Shown: positions 60,838-64,000 of the stretch, piece after piece
Layout of the letters: each line of letters opens with the position of its first letter
Numbering within the stretch: position 1 is the first letter of the stretch
NCBI GenBank assembly: GCA_977862235.1
Contig: OZ374560.1
Location: 124,001 to 188,000, forward strand
Source of the DNA: Dudresnaya verticillata
Taxonomy: Eukaryota
Length of the DNA stretch: 64,000 bases
Reading direction: 5' to 3'
Position numbers and translations under genes: made by a program
The notes under the pieces: model-generated
What the model saw: only the letters and a program-made list of their open reading frames with translations
The model's database searches: none
Told to the model about the DNA's origin: nothing

Positions 60838-62764
60838 CTAACTCATCCGTGCCGAGTTACGCGGAGAGTGCTGCTGCCGCATGGAGATCCAGAGTCCGCT
60901 TCGCAGCAGACTGCAGGAACGCATCGACAGGGCCCTTGATGCCGAAAAACGCCATCTGGGAAATCTCGAATTGTCCACGTGTCGCTCGGTCCCCCCGTCC
61001 GAGACCCACTTCTCGCCCACAGCTAGATAGCGGACCATCCTCTCCACGGCAGTTGTGTAGCACGCTGTCCTGGGGTGGAACTCGTCCAAGATTGACGCCA
61101 GGGTCAATCCCACCACAAGGACTTGCCTCGACGGATAGCCGTCCGCGTTGTCCTTCTCGGCTGCTCCGACCCTGCTGGCGAGGTTCTTGACATACGGCTC
61201 TAGTGAGCCGTTTGTCAGCCAGCCCTCGATCTCGAACGGGGCGATACAGTCCGGCGCCCGGAAGGCCAAGCCGGCGGCGCTCTCGCGGCCGCATGTGATG
61301 CAGACTCACGGAGGTGAAAATGTCTTTGCAGCCCTTTGGGGAGATCGGCAGCCCGCGAGCGTGACACACTTGGTCCGTGGCTCGTTCTTGTTCTTGAAAA
61401 ATATCCAAGAAATGCTCCAGCTAGGCCACATTGGAAAACTGTGAACGATGCGACTCGTATTGTGCGACCAACAAGGGCCCCCCGTACCGCAGAACGCGCC
61501 TGAAATTCTTCGGAGCGTGAAGGTACGTCCGTCTCTTCCTATGGTTCAAGTCCCTCATCTCAGCGGGAAGCGCGGCCTTCCCGCCGCCCGAATCCTCCTC
61601 GGAACCTGAAGACTCCTGTGTTCCTTCGGCTTCCGAGTTGCTCAAGCTCATACTGCCGCTGCCAGCATCTCCGTGCCGGGAACCTTTACGGCTCACATCA
61701 ATGAGGAAAGACGGGGCTTGTTGCGCCGCAGAAGAACCAGCGACGCGCCGTTTCCCTTTCGCGCTCTCCTTGCGCTTTTCAGCGCTTCCCTTTCCTCCCG
61801 ACTGCCCCTCGGTAACAGGAGCGGGAAGGCCCCCGCCCAGGTCGGCGTTTTGCCAAGCACGCGTGCCGGCCTTCTCGGTCCGGCTGCCAGGCTCTGGCTG
61901 CAATCTCCGGCCAGTCGGGCGACCTGCTGCAGGCAAAAACGCTGGCGGCGGTGTGACATCAGGGGCGGCGACCGCGGTTTTCAACAGCGAAAGGAGCAAG
62001 GCGCGGCACTTTGTAGCCTTCGGCTAAAACGGGCCTTCAGCATCAGCCAAAACCCCAGCGAGATTCCCCGCCTCATCTGCGTCTAGATCACATACTAGAG
62101 CGGCACTCCAGTGTTCCTTGAAGGCAACGAGGATCTCCTTCTTGGCATGGCCGACAAGGCGACCCATGAAACCTTCAACACTCGATTTGGTTGTAGAAAG
62201 CTCCCAGAGCTGGACCAAGCACTTCAAAACTGTTTTAGCAGCAACACGGTAAGCGAACTTGCGTTCGCTGTTATCCGGATCCCATTTCACTCCGAGTTGA
62301 TCCAAAGCCTTACCGATTACGATGGACAACGCGTGCGGCTCCTCCTTCAGGAACAGGGGGTCTAGCGCCGCCCCAACGCTCAGCCGACCTGCGTCCACAG
62401 ACTCGGAGGCCTGCCATACACGATGCACATCGGCGACGATCGTATCCGCGGTGCGTTTCCTGGGTTTCACCTCGACGTAGCAAGCAGGCAGGAACTCCCT
62501 GTAGGCCACACGCTCTTCCTCTATAGACGGACAGCTCTTTTACTGGTACCCGGCCTCAGTTGAGCCGATCTCAATCTCCTTGGCGATCTGATGCAGTTCC
62601 TTCTCCGCGGTCCCTTCAATATAAGCGTTGAGCAAGTTTCTCCAGGACAGCGATCTGAAGAAGGAGATGAGCTCGGAGCCTTTCAGTGTCACGAGCTTCT
62701 GACCCGCGTCAGGCGCCACCAACAAAACGGCAGGGGCAGCCATTGCAATCACGCAAGAGAACAA
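60838..62764 (-). pseudogene. gag-like ORF1 remnants of the YR element
   Basis: Series of minus-strand ORF pieces between repeat A1 and the RT; assigned by position only. Confidence 0.45.
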
Positions 62765-64000
62765 ATATGCAACCAGAAGAAACGCGGACTCTTAGTCTGA
62801 ACACCGAACCAGGAAAAACACCGAGCTGCCGGGGCCAACCGTGCGACGCTTACGGGGAAGACCTCCTAAAGAACTCAGCACTGATTCACCCGCTAACGCG
62901 CTCGCTCTCCACCAAAACTGTTTGACCCCGGGCCTGTCCCTGACCCTTCCGCCCCCAAAGCGATATTTCCAGCGCCAGGTGTCCCTGACCCTTCCGCTCT
63001 ACGCGATACCCCCAGAACCAGGCTCAGCGGAACTCTCGGATTTTTCGAATAAACCGTGCTGCAGAAACATCTTCTGTCGAAACACCGTTACCCTCACTAG
63101 GCTCTGCTGGATTGTCTGATGAATCGTACGAGATGCCGGAAGACTTTGATGAATGCTCAGACGAGTCATACGGGCAAGAGAACGACGATGTCGACGAAGT
63201 TGCGCCTGAAGAAATTCAGGTAGTTCACGACGCCACACAAGCGGCGAGACTATTGTTCACCGACACAGATCATGCACGCCCATTTCAAGGAGCATGCGTC
63301 GACACGGGGGCACAGCGGTCGGTCGTAGGCAAGCAGCAGGCGATCGCATACTGCCAACATATGGGGATCCAATATAACCTGACGGAAGAAGGCAGCAACC
63401 AAACGAGATGGTCTTATCGTTTCGGCGACAAGCGGTATGAGGGCCTTGGCCTCATACAGGTCAGGATACCTGTCGAAGACGACCTGTTCATAACCATCGA
63501 CCTAGAGGTTGTGAACGTGGATGTGCCTATGCTATTTGGGCTCGATTACATGGAACAATACGCTGTCGTTATCGATGTCGGCAAGAGTACTATGGCTTCG
63601 AGAAGCAGAAACTGGAGCGTCCCACTGACCCACAAACGGGGCCACCTTTATGTGACATGAGACAAAGCCATTCTGTACTCGGTCGATGAACTGCGAAGGC
63701 TAAACGGACACTTCTAGCACCCGAACTCGCAGCGATTGTGCAGTGTCATGAGAAGAGCGAATCCATAAGACTGCTCGCCTGATGACCTGCCGGAGTTGAA
63801 AGCCATCGAGGAGTCCTGTGACATATGCCAACGCTTGGCGCAGGCTCCGCACCGGTTCAGGGCGTCGCTCCCGGCGAAATATGTTGTGTTCAATCGTACC
63901 CTGAGTCTAGATCTAATGGCACTGGAAAAGCGTCCAGTACTCCACGTGGTTGAGAAGGACACGAAAATGAGCGCCGCGTGTTTCCTCAAGGCGGAACACG

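Larger units (their letters stand above)
57432..63086 (-). mobile_element. Tyrosine-recombinase retrotransposon (DIRS order) with PAT/Ngaro-type split direct repeats
   Basis: A1 62804-63086, B1 ~57898-58031, A2 ~57615-57897, B2 ~57432-57563; gag-like, RT, RNase H and YR remnants on the minus strand; no TSD needed to explain the ends. Confidence 0.92.
54241..64000 (+). mobile_element. Ty1/copia (GalEa-like) LTR retrotransposon, decayed, runs off the window; interrupted by the YR element
   Basis: Candidate LTR 54241-55157 (TGACGGA...TCCGTCA); Met-like PBS TGGTATCAGCAGC at 55168; gag pieces 55824-57430 (KFSGD, CVNCGDPNH); protease CVDTGAQRSVVG (~63295) followed directly by integrase (HF.HP...CDICQ...FNRTLSLDLM...LHVV), i.e. 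copia domain order. Confidence 0.8.

Overview
Eukaryotic, apparently intron-poor, transposon-saturated DNA. A red alga is likely, inferred from the element mix, not demonstrated. 1-6.5 kb: three paralogous genes sharing a ~120-aa basic+heptad (bZIP-like) domain, two of them a convergent inverted duplication. 10.6-36.3 kb: a Plavaka-like transposase remnant interrupted by a chromodomain-bearing Ty3/gypsy element (B, + strand, 11686-36272, TSD TCTAC). B contains a second full-length chromodomain gypsy (A, - strand, 12362-25767, TSD ACCCA) and two solo LTRs. 36.3-46 kb: gene relics (ankyrin, Ski2-like helicase, SDR) and a decayed MULE/NOF-like transposase. 46-54 kb: a stack of LTRs and fragments. 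54.2-64 kb: a GalEa-like copia element interrupted by a full-length but frameshifted tyrosine-recombinase retrotransposon with split direct repeats (57432-63086). Most notable: (1) about 40 copies of CCGNNACGG dispersed through element B, including its coding regions; (2) a long antisense ORF conserved between two gypsy copies with synonymous divergence; (3) three independent insertions within ~10 bp of a host 5'-LTR/PBS junction; (4) a seamless YR-retroelement insertion whose crossover can be reconstructed. All counts and alignments were done by eye.
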